A stretch of DNA of 64,000 bases from Trueperaceae bacterium (GTDB taxonomy: Bacteria > Deinococcota > Deinococci > Deinococcales > Trueperaceae): positions 1,632,001 to 1,696,000 of the forward strand of contig JAXHLW010000013.1 of NCBI GenBank assembly GCA_034521815.1. Reading direction: 5' to 3'. The translations under genes and the position numbers were made by a program. The notes under the pieces are model-generated. The model was not told where the DNA came from, made no database searches, and saw only the letters and a program-made list of their open reading frames with translations. Shown here in pieces: positions 40,998 to 52,678 of the stretch (the stretch's first letter is position 1; every line of letters begins with the position of its first letter).

Positions 40998-43571
40998 ATG
41001 GCTTTGTACGATCGCCAAGACGAGCTGCCCATCCCCCCCAAGGGCACCGAGAAGCGCAACACCGTCTGCCAGTACTGCAACGTCGGCTGCGGCTACGAGG
41101 TCTACACCTGGCCGGTCGGCACCGTAGGCGGAAAAGCCCCGAGCGACAACGCCTTCGGAATCGACCTGAGCGCGCCGCAACCGCCGCTCCAAGGGCTGGC
41201 CTATACCGAGTCGATGCACTCGGTGGTCACCAACCGAGACGGTCGCCGCTACCACGTGGTCATCGTGCCGACCAAGGACTCGGCGATCAACCTCCAGGGC
41301 GACCACTCGAGCCGTGGCGGTTCGAACGCCCAGACGCTCTTCTCCGAATCTCGCGGCACCCAGGAACGCCTCAAGTATCCGCTCTTGCGCGTCGGCGACG
41401 ACTTCCACGCGATCACCTGGGACGAGGCGTTGCGTCTGCTTGGACGGGTCATCAAAGGCGTGCACGGCAGGTACGGCCCCGACGAGCTGACCGCCAAGGC
41501 GGCCGATCACGGCGGCGCGAACGGCGGCTTCGCGAACATCTACGCCGTCGGGCGTCTCTTCTTCACCGGTCTCGGCATGAAGTACGTCGCGATGCACAAC
41601 CGTCCGGCGTACAACTCGGAGGTGTGGGGCAGCCGTGACCGGGGCGTGCACGAGCTCCACTACACCGCCGAGGACGCGCGACTCTGCGACACGCTGGTGC
41701 TCTGGGGCGCGAACAGCTACGAAACCTCTACCGTCTTCTACACCGAGCACATGCAGCCGAACTTCCAGGGCGGAACGCAGTCCGAGAAGCGAGAGGTCTT
41801 CGACGATGGCGAGCCGGTCATCCCGACACGCCTCGTGGTGGTCGACCCGCGCCGAACCTCGACGCTGACGATCCTGGAGGCGATCGACCCGTCTCGCACG
41901 CTGCACCTTCGCCCCAACCTGGGGACGGACTACGTGCTCGCCAACGCCGTCGCTCGCGTGATCTGGGAGCGGGGCTGGCAAGACCAGGAGATGATCGATA
42001 CCCGCACCGACGCGGCGACGTTCGAGGACTACCAGGAGAAGAGCCTGCAGCTGGGCAAGCCGCTGGACGAGCTTCTCGGCGAAGCGGAAGAGATCACGGG
42101 CGTCCCGCGCGCCCAGATCGAGCAGGCGGCCGAGTGGATCGCCGCGCCGAAAGAGGGCGGCTTCAGAAACCGCACGCTGAACATCTACGAAAAAGGGATG
42201 ATCTGGAACTACAAGAACTACGACACCATCGCCGCCCTGGTCCAGATGGAGGTGTTGGCGGGCAATATCGGGCGACCCGGTACGGGCTGCGGACGACAAG
42301 GCGGGCATCAGGAGAGCTACGTGCGTCCCCCGTACCCCGGCGGGCGTCCGCCCCCCAACGTGGACAAGTACCTCTTGGACGGGAACGGCAAGTTCTACTG
42401 GGTGATCGCCAACAACCCGTACCTGTCGACCCCGAACAACCAGCTGTTCCGCAAGCGCATCCACGAGCGCACCCTGGCGTTGACGAGCTTCCTGTCGATC
42501 CTGGACGAATCCGCTGGCGAGCCCAGCAGCATGGACGAGCTGGCCGATCGCGTCCTGCAAGGCGTCGAGCAGACCGGCGGGCTGTTCATGGTGGTGCAAG
42601 ACATCTACCAGACCGAAGTCGCCCGTGACGCGCATCTGGTTCTTCCGGCGGCCTGCTGGGGCGAGATCGACATGACCTCGGTCAACTGCAACAGCCGTTT
42701 GCTCAGGCTCTACGAGAAGTTCATGGATCCGCCCGGCGAAGCCATCGCCGACTGGGACATCATGGCCCGCACCGGGCGTCAGCTCGCCGAGCTGTACGAG
42801 GCCGAGGGCGACGGCGAGTCCGCCCAACGGTTCGCCGGGATGGAGTGGCAGAGCGACGAGGACGTGTTCTTGGCAGGGGGCCAGGAGTTCGAGAGCAACG
42901 AGGTTCCCGCCGACATGGAGGCGTCGCTTCACCCGTTCAACTACAAGGGCGTGGACTACGCCATGCTCCGCGAGTTGGGGCAGCAGGGGATTCAGACGCC
43001 CATCCGTCGAGACCCCCAGTCGGGCGAGCTGGTCGGGACCAAGCGCCGCTACACCGAGCGGTTCGGTACCGAGTCGGGACTGTTCGAGTGGTACGGCACC
43101 GACGCCTGGCCGGGCTTTCCCGCCGAGGTGCAGAAGTACCTGGAGGGAGACAAGGCCGAACGCTACCCCTTCTGGATGACGACCGGGCGCAACCAGACCA
43201 TCTGGCAGAGCGCGTATCACCAGCGCCACAACCCCGAAAAGATGTTGACCGTGCCGCTTCCCTACGTCGAGCTCCACCCGGACGACGCGGACCGGCTGAG
43301 CATCGAGAGCGGCGACATGGTGAGCCTCTTCAACGAAGAGGGCAACGGCACGTTCGTCGCGTACGTCACCGAGGCGGCTAGGCCCGGCATGGTGTTCGCG
43401 ATCCAGTACCACCCTGGTGGTACGTCGAACGGCATGGTCTCGCCCTACACCGACCCGAAGACGACGATCCCCTGGTACAAAGGGGCCCGCGTCGCCGTTC
43501 GGCGGCTCGAAGGGACCATCGGCAGCGTGAAGCGCACGACCAGCTTCCGCTCGCAGATCGACTTCTCGTAA
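40998..43571 (+). CDS. aioA: Arsenite oxidase large molybdopterin subunit (Thermus/Chloroflexi-type)
   Basis: CQYCNVGC [3Fe-4S] motif, DHGG, HNRPAYNSE, YEKGMIW, RQGGHQE, PWYKG. Confidence 0.92.
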   Translation: MALYDRQDELPIPPKGTEKRNTVCQYCNVGCGYEVYTWPVGTVGGKAPSDNAFGIDLSAPQPPLQGLAYTESMHSVVTNRDGRRYHVVIVPTKDSAINLQGDHSSRGGSNAQTLFSESRGTQERLKYPLLRVGDDFHAITWDEALRLLGRVIKGVHGRYGPDELTAKAADHGGANGGFANIYAVGRLFFTGLGMKYVAMHNRPAYNSEVWGSRDRGVHELHYTAEDARLCDTLVLWGANSYETSTVFYTEHMQPNFQGGTQSEKREVFDDGEPVIPTRLVVVDPRRTSTLTILEAIDPSRTLHLRPNLGTDYVLANAVARVIWERGWQDQEMIDTRTDAATFEDYQEKSLQLGKPLDELLGEAEEITGVPRAQIEQAAEWIAAPKEGGFRNRTLNIYEKGMIWNYKNYDTIAALVQMEVLAGNIGRPGTGCGRQGGHQESYVRPPYPGGRPPPNVDKYLLDGNGKFYWVIANNPYLSTPNNQLFRKRIHERTLALTSFLSILDESAGEPSSMDELADRVLQGVEQTGGLFMVVQDIYQTEVARDAHLVLPAACWGEIDMTSVNCNSRLLRLYEKFMDPPGEAIADWDIMARTGRQLAELYEAEGDGESAQRFAGMEWQSDEDVFLAGGQEFESNEVPADMEASLHPFNYKGVDYAMLRELGQQGIQTPIRRDPQSGELVGTKRRYTERFGTESGLFEWYGTDAWPGFPAEVQKYLEGDKAERYPFWMTTGRNQTIWQSAYHQRHNPEKMLTVPLPYVELHPDDADRLSIESGDMVSLFNEEGNGTFVAYVTEAARPGMVFAIQYHPGGTSNGMVSPYTDPKTTIPWYKGARVAVRRLEGTIGSVKRTTSFRSQIDFS

Positions 43572-43628
43572 CGAGCACCGAGACGCTCGTGGGCGGGCCG
43601 TTCAGGCCGCGACCCGCTGGTGCCGTCG

Positions 43629-44847
43629 TCACGTTGCGTTCCCGTCGCGGTCGCTCGCGCCACGGCTGAGCGCGTGCCGTACGTGAGGCTCCGCCACGCC
43701 CACTCCGCAGGCCCGAACCGGAATCGCTGGAGCCACCAGCGAGCGGCCACGACCTGGGTGGCGAACAGGCCCAGCGCGATCGGAAGGCCCACGGAGGGGC
43801 CGACGCGGCCGTAGAGGCCGAGCCCGTAGCCGTCGAACAGGAGCGTCATGACGATCGACTGGCTCAGGGTAGACCGTGGACGCGCCATCCGGCCTGCGGC
43901 CGCGAGCGCGCGCTCCAGCCCGACCGCCCAGCTCGGCCGCCCACGCGGCGCCCGTGGAACGCCAACGTGGCGAGGCCGAGGTACGCCGAAGCCCCAGGAC
44001 GGGTCCGCCGAGCGAGGTCGACAGCACCAGCCGGAACGTCTCCCCCTCCCCCAGCAGTCGCGAGGCGTAGATCGCCTTGAGCGCGAGGCCGACGGGGAGC
44101 GCCACCGCGACGCCCCTGCGCCATGCGCGCCGCACGTCCTCCGAGGCGCCGCGGCGCGCTCGAACGCACGGCTCTTGGCCAGCGCCGCGCCCGATCAGGA
44201 AAGGCCCAGCGCCGAGGAAGATACGCGACGGCGGACGCCACGACGTCCACTCCCTGCTCCAGCCGCGCCCCGAGGATCTCTCCGAACCCACCGTTCTGGT
44301 AGAGCTCCACCCACGGGTGTGGGCTGGAGGATGCCGGATCACCGCCGGAGGTCGCGCCGAGGAAGAGCAGGACGCCCACCACCCACGAGCCTGCGCCCGC
44401 TAGCGCCAAGCCGCGGGCCCGCACGGTCGCGAAGGGGAGCAGCACGAACCCGATCAGCGCGTACTGCGTCAGGATGTCACCGACCCAGACGCCGAACAGG
44501 TGCACCGCGCCGATGACGAGGAGCCAGCCGAGCCGCCGGGCGAATCGCGGCGTGGCGTCGTCGCCCCGGTCGCCGGATCCAGCGTCCGAAGCCCCAGCCG
44601 AACAAGACGCTGAAGATGGTGTAGAACGCGCCCTCGGCGAGGACGAGGACGCCCCACTCGAGCCAGCGATCCGCGCCCGACCACCACGTCAGCGGTTCGG
44701 CGTACAGGAACGACGGTCCGCTGAACGCCAGAAGGTTGACGACGAGGATCCCGAACAGCGCGATGCCCGAAGCGCGTCGACGTGCGTGAGCCGGTCGCGG
44801 CCGCGTACGGGGCGGCCTGGCGTCGTCGCCGTGGTCGGCGGAGTCAC
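43629..44847 (-). pseudogene. DUF418 protein copy 2, multiple frameshifts (real or sequencing error)
   Basis: Near-identical to 35701-36906 but split over several frames. Confidence 0.85.
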
Positions 44848-44993
44848 CGGAGCAGCGTAGCGTCGCATCCATGGGCGCGCTCGTGTCGCGCCGCCGGACG
44901 TCGAGATCCAGCTTCGCGGAGAGACGGTGTGGAGGGGCGGCTCCCGAGCGTTGGCCGCGTGTTGCCAGGCGTGGGGCGATCCTAAACTGGGTC

Positions 44994-47900
44994 ATGGATC
45001 CGTACGTGGTACTGCTCGGCACTCCTTCGATCGAGCGCCACGGGAAGCGCATCGAGCTGCCGCCGGGCAAGCTCTCGGCGCTCCTCCTGTACCCTCGCCT
45101 ACGGGACGGGGTGGGCGAGCCGCGACGAGGTGCTCTACCTCCTCTACCCCGACATGGACGAGCGCCGGGCGCGGGGCAACCTGCGGCCCCTCCTCACCCG
45201 GCTGCGGCGCCTGCCCTACGCCGAAGGGCTCGAGATCGAGCCGACGCGGCTACGGTGGAAGGTCCCGACGCGGACGTCGCCGCGTTACCGCGAGGCGCTG
45301 CGCCGTGATGCGCTGGCGCATGCCGTGGAGCCTACGGAGGCGAGCTGTTGGCGGCGGATTCCACGTCCCCAAGGCACCGGAGATACGAGAGCTGGCTGAC
45401 GTTCGAGCGGACGGATCTGCGGGAGGCGTGGCGCCGGGCGTCGCTCGACGTCGCCGCCCGGCTCGAAGCGGACGGACGCGCCGAGGAGGCCGCCGGCGTC
45501 CTGGACCGGTTGCAGAAGGACGATCCGCTCGACGAGGAGGTGGTCCGACGGTCACTGGTGGCGTTGGCTCGTGCGGACCGGCCGAACGACGCGGTGCGCG
45601 CGTACGGAGCCTTCGAGGTCCGTCTGCGACGGGAGGTGGACGGGGAGCCCCGAGGAGGCGACGCGCGCGATCGTGCAAGAGATCCGGAGCGGCGGGACGC
45701 CCGGAGGACCGGCCGGCCGCGCGGGCGGCGCCACGCCGGCCGCCCGCGGTCCTACCCACGCCGCCGACCGAGTTCATCGGAAGGAGCGGGAGGTGGCCGA
45801 GATCGAGCGGACGGCTGCGCGATCCAGCCTGCCGCTTGCTGCGATCGTCGCCGCCGGCGGGATGGGCGAGACCCGAGTGGCGGCCGAGGTGGCGCGCCGA
45901 CTCGCGGACGACCATCGCGACGGCGTCTTCTTCGTGGCCCTCGAGGCGGCGAGATCGGCCGGGCAAGCCGTGACCGCCGTCGCCGACGCCATGGCGCTAG
46001 CGTTCTTCGGGCCGCGCACCCCGCTCGACCAGCTTCTCGACCACCTCGCGGACAAGCGCGTGCTCGTCGTGCTGGACAACTTCGAGCACCTCCTCGACGA
46101 CCCCGAGGGCACGGAGCTGGTGACGGGCCTGCTGGCGCGCGGCCCGGGCGCGAGCGTGCTGACCACCTCGCGCGAGCGCCTGAACCTGCGGGCCGAGTGG
46201 GTTCACGACCTCGACCCCATGGAGCTCCCTGGGAACGAAGACGCGCAGCGCGACGCCGACGCGGTCGTTCTCTTCCTGCAGTCGGCGCTGCGAGCGGGCG
46301 TGGACGCCGAGCCGGACCTTCGCGACGTCGTCCGGGTGTGTCGTCTCACGGGCGGCATGCCGCTCGCCCTGGAGCTGGCGGCGAGCTGGCTGCGCGGCCC
46401 TCACCGTCGCGGAGATCGCCGAGGAGCTCGGCGGCGGCATCGGCCTGCTCGCGGCGCCCCTGCGCGACCTGCCCGAGCGGCACCACAGCCTGCACAGCAT
46501 GTTCGACGCGTCCTGGCGACGACTCTCGGAGCGGGAGAGAGGGGCCCTGAGGCGGCTGGCGACGTTCCACGGGGGATTCCGACGGGAGGCGGCGCAGGCC
46601 GTGGCGGACGTGAGCCTGCCGCTCCTGCTCACGCTGGCCAACCGGTCGTTCCTGCGACGGGACGGGACCGGCCGGTTCACGCAGCACCCTCTCATGTGGC
46701 AGTACCTCCGAGCCGCGGCTCGGGAGGACGAGGCGACCCGCGACACGGCCGCCCGGCACGCCGCCTACTACGCCGGCTTCCTGCATGAGCGCGAGGCGGG
46801 CCTGCGCGGCCTCGAAGCACGACGAGTACGTGACGAGATCGGCAGCGAGCTGCCGAACGTGCGCGCCGCCTGGGCGTGGGGGATCGCCGCGGAGCGGGAG
46901 GACCTCCTCGACCTGGCGGCGGAGGGCTCTACATCTACTGCAACGACGAGGGTCGCTATCACGAGTCCGAAGCCCTCTTCGCGGCGGGGGTCGACGCCGT
47001 CGGCGCCGCCGGGCGAGTGGCCGGGGACGGCTCCGCCTCTTCCTGGGGGCGCCCACAATTTCCTCGCACGCTCGGACCTCGTGATTCCTGGGCTCGAGAA
47101 GGCCTCGGCCGTGCTCGCGAGCGCGGGCGCGAAACGCGACGAAGCCATGGCGCACATTCTCCTGTGGTCCGGCTACTGGATGGCGGACCGCCCGTTCGAG
47201 CATGGCCGCGTCCGCCGCCCGGCGGGCCCTGCGGCTCTTCGCCGAGGCGGGCGACCGGGCGGGCGAGGCGGAGGTGATCGGTCTGCTGGCCGAATACACC
47301 GAGGATCCGGTCGCCGCGGAGGAGGAGTTCCGGGCCAGCCTGCGCGGGTTCGAGGCGTCCGGGGCGTGCTTCGCCGTCCTGGGCGGCGTCACCTTGGCCC
47401 TGAGCAACTACGCGCTCTTCCTCGGCCAGGTCCACGGCGCGTACGGCCGCGCTCACGCACTGCTCGACGAAGCCATCCGCGTGGCACGACTCCGCGCGGA
47501 GCCCTACAGCGTCGCCTGGTACCTCAACAACCAGGCGCACACGCTGATCGAAGCGGGATCCTGGGACGAGGCGGCGCGACGGCTCCTCGAGGCGCGCACC
47601 GCCGCCGAAGGGCTCGCCTCCGGCTGGGGAACCTGGACGCTCGTCGACGCGTTGTACGGATCGGGGCGGATCGCGCTGCTACGCGGCGAGCACGCCGACG
47701 CGAGGCGCCAGTTTGACCCGCGCGCAGGAGCGGATCACGACGCACGGGGATCCGTTGGGAACGGAGGCCAGATTCGCGTCGCTCTGGCAGATCTCGCGCT
47801 CGCGGAGGGTCGTCCCGACGAGGCCGAGGAGCGCGGCGAGGAGGCGCTGAGACACTTCCTCACGCTCGGGCTCCAGAGCGGCATCCGCGAGTGGGGCAAG

Positions 47901-48252
47901 GCGGACTGCCTCGTCCGGCTCGGCTCGGTCGGCCTCGCGCAGAAGCATGCGTCCGCCGCGGCCGAGCGCTTCGACGCTGCGCTCGCGATCGTCGAGCGCT
48001 GGCACCTGCTGCCCCTCGCGCTGCAGCTCGCCGTGGCGGTCGCCCCGTTCCTCCGCCGCGGCTGACCGGGCCACCGAGCACGAGCACCTCCTGCACCTCG
48101 CAGCGGCCTGTCCCGCCAGCACCCGCGAGACGCGGGAGGCCGCGGCGCGCGCGCTGGGGCGACCCACCGTGGCTGCAGGGCCGGACGAGCCCGCCCTTCT
48201 CGGTCCCCTCGTCGCGGAGCTTCGCGAGGTCGTGCGGGCGATGCGACGGTGA
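44994..48252 (+). pseudogene. SARP-NB-ARC-TPR regulator copy 2, multiple frameshifts
   Basis: Near-identical to 37055-40303, fragmented; Walker A GKT changed to GET. Confidence 0.85.
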
Positions 48253-48447
48253 GGCCGGCCTGCTCGCCCGGATCGTTCCCGACGTAGCGCCGAGCACCCT
48301 AGACAGTCCTCGACGTGCCTGAACCGTTGGCCTTACCACCCGCGCGATTTTCCGAACCTTCGGGGGTCGAGTATGCTACCGTTCGGTCAAGCATCAATGC
48401 ATATCTCTAGCGTACTTGCAACGGGTCGAGATGCGTGAGGAGGAGCT

Positions 48448-48936
48448 ATGAAGGTGATCAGTCGTCGCAGCGTCTTGAAGGCTGGGGTCGCAGGTGCCGT
48501 TTTCGTGGCGCTGGGCCCCTCCTTCGCCCAGGAGTATCCCGAAGACTATCCGCTGACGGTCATCGGCAACGCCAACGATCTGGACGTCGGGCAGGCGGTC
48601 TACTTCACGTATCCCGACGGGCAGTCGCAGGGCATCTTGGTCAAGCTCGGCCAGGAGGCGCTCGCGGGGGTCGGTCCGGAGCGCGACATCGTCGCCTACT
48701 CTGCCGCGTGCACCCACATGGGCTGCGGCGTGCAGTTCAAACAAGGGCGCTTCGTCTGCCCCTGCCACAACTCGATGTTCGATCCGGCCGTGAACGGCCA
48801 GGTCTATCAGGGGCTGGCCACGACGTACCTGCCTCAGATCGGCCTCGCGCTCGACGAGGGAACCGGTGATCTTTCGGCGGCGTTCGTCGAAGGGGTCATC
48901 TGGGGCCGCGTCGACAACGTGCTTCCCCAGGATTAA
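48448..48936 (+). CDS. aioB: Arsenite oxidase small subunit copy 2 (intact)
   Basis: Same protein as copy 1 except one E->D change. Confidence 0.9.
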   Translation: MKVISRRSVLKAGVAGAVFVALGPSFAQEYPEDYPLTVIGNANDLDVGQAVYFTYPDGQSQGILVKLGQEALAGVGPERDIVAYSAACTHMGCGVQFKQGRFVCPCHNSMFDPAVNGQVYQGLATTYLPQIGLALDEGTGDLSAAFVEGVIWGRVDNVLPQD

Positions 48937-48947
48937 GGAGCGCTGCG

Positions 48948-51521
48948 ATGGCTTTGTACGATCGTCGAAGACGAGCTGCCCATCCCCCCAAGGGCACCGA
49001 GAAGCGCAACACCGTCTGCCAGTACTGCAACGTCGGCTGCGGCTACGAGGTCTACACCTGGCCGGTCGGCACCGTAGGCGGAAAAGCCCCGAGCGACAAC
49101 GCCTTCGGAATCGACCTGAGCGCGCCGCAACCGCCGCTCCAAGGGCTGGCCTATACCGAGTCGATGCACTCGGTGGTCACCGAACCGAGACGGCCGCCGC
49201 TACCACGTGGTCATCGTGCCGACCAAGGACTCGGCGATCAACCTCCAGGGCGACCACTCGAGCCGTGGCGGTTCGAACGCCCAGACGCTCTTCTCCGAAT
49301 CTCGCGGCACCCAGGAACGCCTCAAGTATCCGCTCTTGCGCGTCGGCGACGACTTCCACGCGATCACCTGGGACGAGGCGTTGCGTCTGCTTGGACGGGT
49401 CATCAAAGGCGTGCACGGCAGGTACGGCCCCGACGAGCTGACCGCCAAGGCGGCCGATCACGGCGGCGCGAACGGCGGCTTCGCGAACATCTACGCCGTC
49501 GGGCGTCTCTTCTTCACCGGTCTCGGCATGAAGTACGTCGCGATGCACAACCGTCCGGCGTACAACTCGGAGGTATGGGGCAGCCGTGACCGGGGCGTGC
49601 ACGAGCTCCACTACACCGCCGAGGACGCGCGACTCTGCGACACGCTGGTGCTCTGGGGCGCGAACAGCTACGAAACCTCTACCGTCTTCTACACCGAGCA
49701 CATGCAGCCGAACTTCCAGGGCGGAACGCAGTCTCAGAAGAGAGAGGCCTTCGACGAGGGCGAGCCGGTCATCCCGACACGCCTCGTGGTGGTCGACCCG
49801 CGCCGCACCTCGACGCTGACGATCCTGGAGGCGATCGACCCGTCTCGCACGCTGCACCTGCGCCCCAACCTGGGGACGGACTACGTGCTCGCCAACGCCG
49901 TCGCTCGCGTGATATGGGAGCGGGGCTGGCAAGACCAGGAGATGATCGATACCCGCACCGACGCGGCGACGTTCGAGGACTACCAGGAGAAGAGCCTGCA
50001 GCTGGGCAAGCCGCTGGACGAGCTTCTCGGCGAAGCGGAAGAGATCACGGGCGTCCCGCGCGCCCAGATCGAGCAGGCGGCCGAGTGGATCGCCGCGCCG
50101 AAAGAGGGCGGCTTCAGAAACCGCACGCTGAACATCTACGAAAAAGGGATGATCTGGAACTACAAGAACTACGACACCATCGCCGCCCTGGTCCAGATGG
50201 AGGTGTTGGCGGGCAACATCGGGCGACCCGGTACGGGCTGCGGACGACAAGGCGGGCATCAGGAGAGCTACGTGCGTCCCCCGTACCCCGGCCAGCGTCC
50301 GCCCCCCAACGTGGACAAGTACCTCTTGGACGGGAACGGCAAGTTCTACTGGGTGATCGCCAACAACCCGTACCTGTCGACCCCGAACAACCAGCTGTTC
50401 CGCAAGCGCATCCACGAGCGCACCCTGGCGTTGACGAGCTTCCTGTCGATCCTGGACGAATCCGCTGGCGAGCCCAGCAGCATGGACGAGCTGGCCGATC
50501 GCGTCCTGCAAGGCGTCGAGCAGACCGGCGGGCTGTTCATGGTGGTGCAAGACATCTACCAGACCGAAGTCGCCCGTGACGCGCATCTGGTTCTTCCGGC
50601 GGCCTGCTGGGGCGAGATCGACATGACCTCGGTCAACTGCAACAGCCGTTTGCTCAGGCTCTACGAGAAGTTCATGGATCCGCCCGGCGAAGCCATCGCC
50701 GACTGGGACATCATGGCCCGCACCGGGCGTCAGCTCGCCGAGCTGTACGAGGCCGAGGGCGACGGCGAGTCCGCCCAACGGTTCGCCGGGATGGAGTGGC
50801 AGAGCGACGAGGACGTGTTCTTGGCAGGGGGCCAGGAGTTCGAGAGCAACGAGGTTCCCGCCGACATGGAGGCGTCGCTTCACCCGTTCAACTACAAGGG
50901 CGTGGACTACGCCATGCTCCGCGAGTTGGGCAGCAGGGGATTCAGACGCCCATCCGTCGAGACCCCCAGTCGGGCGAGCTGGTAGGGACCAAGCGACGCT
51001 ACACCGAGCGGTTCGGTACCGAGTCGGGACTGTTCGAGTGGTACGGTACCGACGCGTGGCCGGGCTTTCCCGCCGAGGTGCAGAAGTACCTGGAGGGAGA
51101 CAAGGCCGAACGCTACCCCTTCTGGATGACGACCGGGCGCAACCAGACCATCTGGCAGAGCGCGTATCACCAGCGCCACATCCCCGAAAAGATGTTGACC
51201 GTGCCGCTTCCCTACGTCGAGCTCCACCCGGACGACGCGGACCGGCTGAGTATCGAGAGCGGCGACATGGTGAGCCTCTTCAACGAAGAGGGCAACGGCA
51301 CGTTCGTGGCGTACGTCACCGAGGCGGCTAGACCCGGCATGGTGTTCGCGATCCAGTATCACCCTGGTGGTACGTCGAACGGCATGGTCTCGCCCTACAC
51401 CGACCCGAAGACGACGATCCCCTGGTACAAAGGGGCCCGCGTCGCCGTTCGGCGGCTCGAAGGGACCATCGGCAGCGTGAAGCGTACGACCAGCTTCCGC
51501 TCGCAGATCGACTTCTCGTAA
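48948..51521 (+). pseudogene. aioA: Arsenite oxidase large subunit copy 2, frameshifted near 48965-48990, 49182 and 50930
   Basis: ORFs 48948-49589, 49207-50985 and 50796-51521 together reproduce AioA. Confidence 0.88.
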
Positions 51522-51631
51522 CGAGCACCGAGACGCTCGTGGCGGGCCGTTCAGGCTCGCCCACGTCCCGTCCGGGTCGGATGACGGACCGGACCGGGAG
51601 CGCGTCCGGCCCGGTGGTATCGTCGCGGATC

Positions 51632-51897
51632 ATGTTCTTGGGCATGGATCTGGGTACGTCGGGGGTGAAGTGGTCGCCGTGGACCAAGGCGGCGGCATCG
51701 TCGCACGCGCCTCGGCCTCGTATCCGCTGGACGCGCCGCGTCCCGGTTGGGCCGAGCAGCATCCCGAGCGCTGGTGGACGGCGACGGTCGAGGCCGTCCA
51801 GCACCTCGCGGGCAATCTCGACGTCCGTGACGTCGAACCGATCGGATTCTCGGGCCACTGCCGGAGCGGTCGCCGTGCTCGTCAGGCGACGGCGTAG
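51632..51897 (+). pseudogene. N-terminal fragment of an FGGY carbohydrate kinase (xylulokinase-like)
   Basis: MFLGMDLGTSGVK / YPLDAPRPGWAEQHPERWW..IGFSG, then truncated. Confidence 0.8.
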
Positions 51898-52670
51898 CGC
51901 CGAGGCACGTCCTGGTCCTGCTCGATGACCCACTCCATCACCGCGGCTCGTCGCTGTTCGAGATCGGCATCCGTGTTCAGGCCCTGATCTCGGTCGCCGA
52001 CGATACGCCCGTCGATCATGTAGAGCAGCCGCTCGGTGCGGGCGGCGACCTTGGCGTCGTGGGTGACCAGCATCACCGTCGTGCCCTCGGCGTTGAGATC
52101 GCCGATGATGTCCATCACCTCGTTCGCCGCCGTCGAGTCCTCCAGCGCCCCCGTCGGCTCGTCGCAGAACAGGATCTTGGGCCGGTTGATCAGCGCTCGG
52201 CAGATCCCGATCCGCTGCAGCTGGCCACCCGACGCCTCGGTGACGTCCCGCTCCGCGAGCTCGACGACGCCCGTGCGTTCCATGAGGGCCAGTGCCCGCT
52301 CCGTCGAGGCTCCTCACGAGGGGCCAGTCCGGCGAGGGTACGCCGGGAGCACGACGTTGTCGAGCAGGCAGAGGTTCTTCAGCAGGTGGACGTGTTGGAA
52401 GACGAACCCCATGGTGGTGAGCCGTAGCCGCGCCAGCCGTTTCTGATCGAGGGCCGTCAGGTCCTGCCCCGCGAACGAGACGGTGCCCGCGCTGGGTCCG
52501 TCCATGCCGCTGATGGTGTAGAGAAGCGTCGACTTCCCCGATCCCGAGGGTCCCATGACCGAGACGAACTCGCCCTCTCGGACATGAAGGTCGACGCCGT
52601 GGAGGACGGTGTTCCCGTCGAACGTCTTCGTCAGTCCGCGCGCGTCCAAGATGACTTTCGCTGTCGTCAT
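51882..52670 (-). CDS. ABC transporter ATP-binding protein (LolD/MacB-like), frameshift near 52310
   Basis: GPSGSGKST, GFVFQ, ASGGQLQR, LFCDEPTGAL, VTHD. Confidence 0.85.
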
Positions 52671-52678
52671 GGCAGCCC

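Larger units (their letters stand above)
35681..51556. repeat. Head-to-tail duplication of a ~7.9 kb unit (35681-43607 and 43608-51556)
   Basis: The same four genes occur twice with near-identical DNA; junction TTCAGGC|CGCGACCCGCTGG. Confidence 0.95.

Noticed and set aside
40498-43571. Iodate reductase IdrAB instead of AioBA
   Set aside because: HNRPAYNSE and DHGG are AioA-type, the order is B then A, and there are no adjacent cytochrome c peroxidase (idrP) genes.
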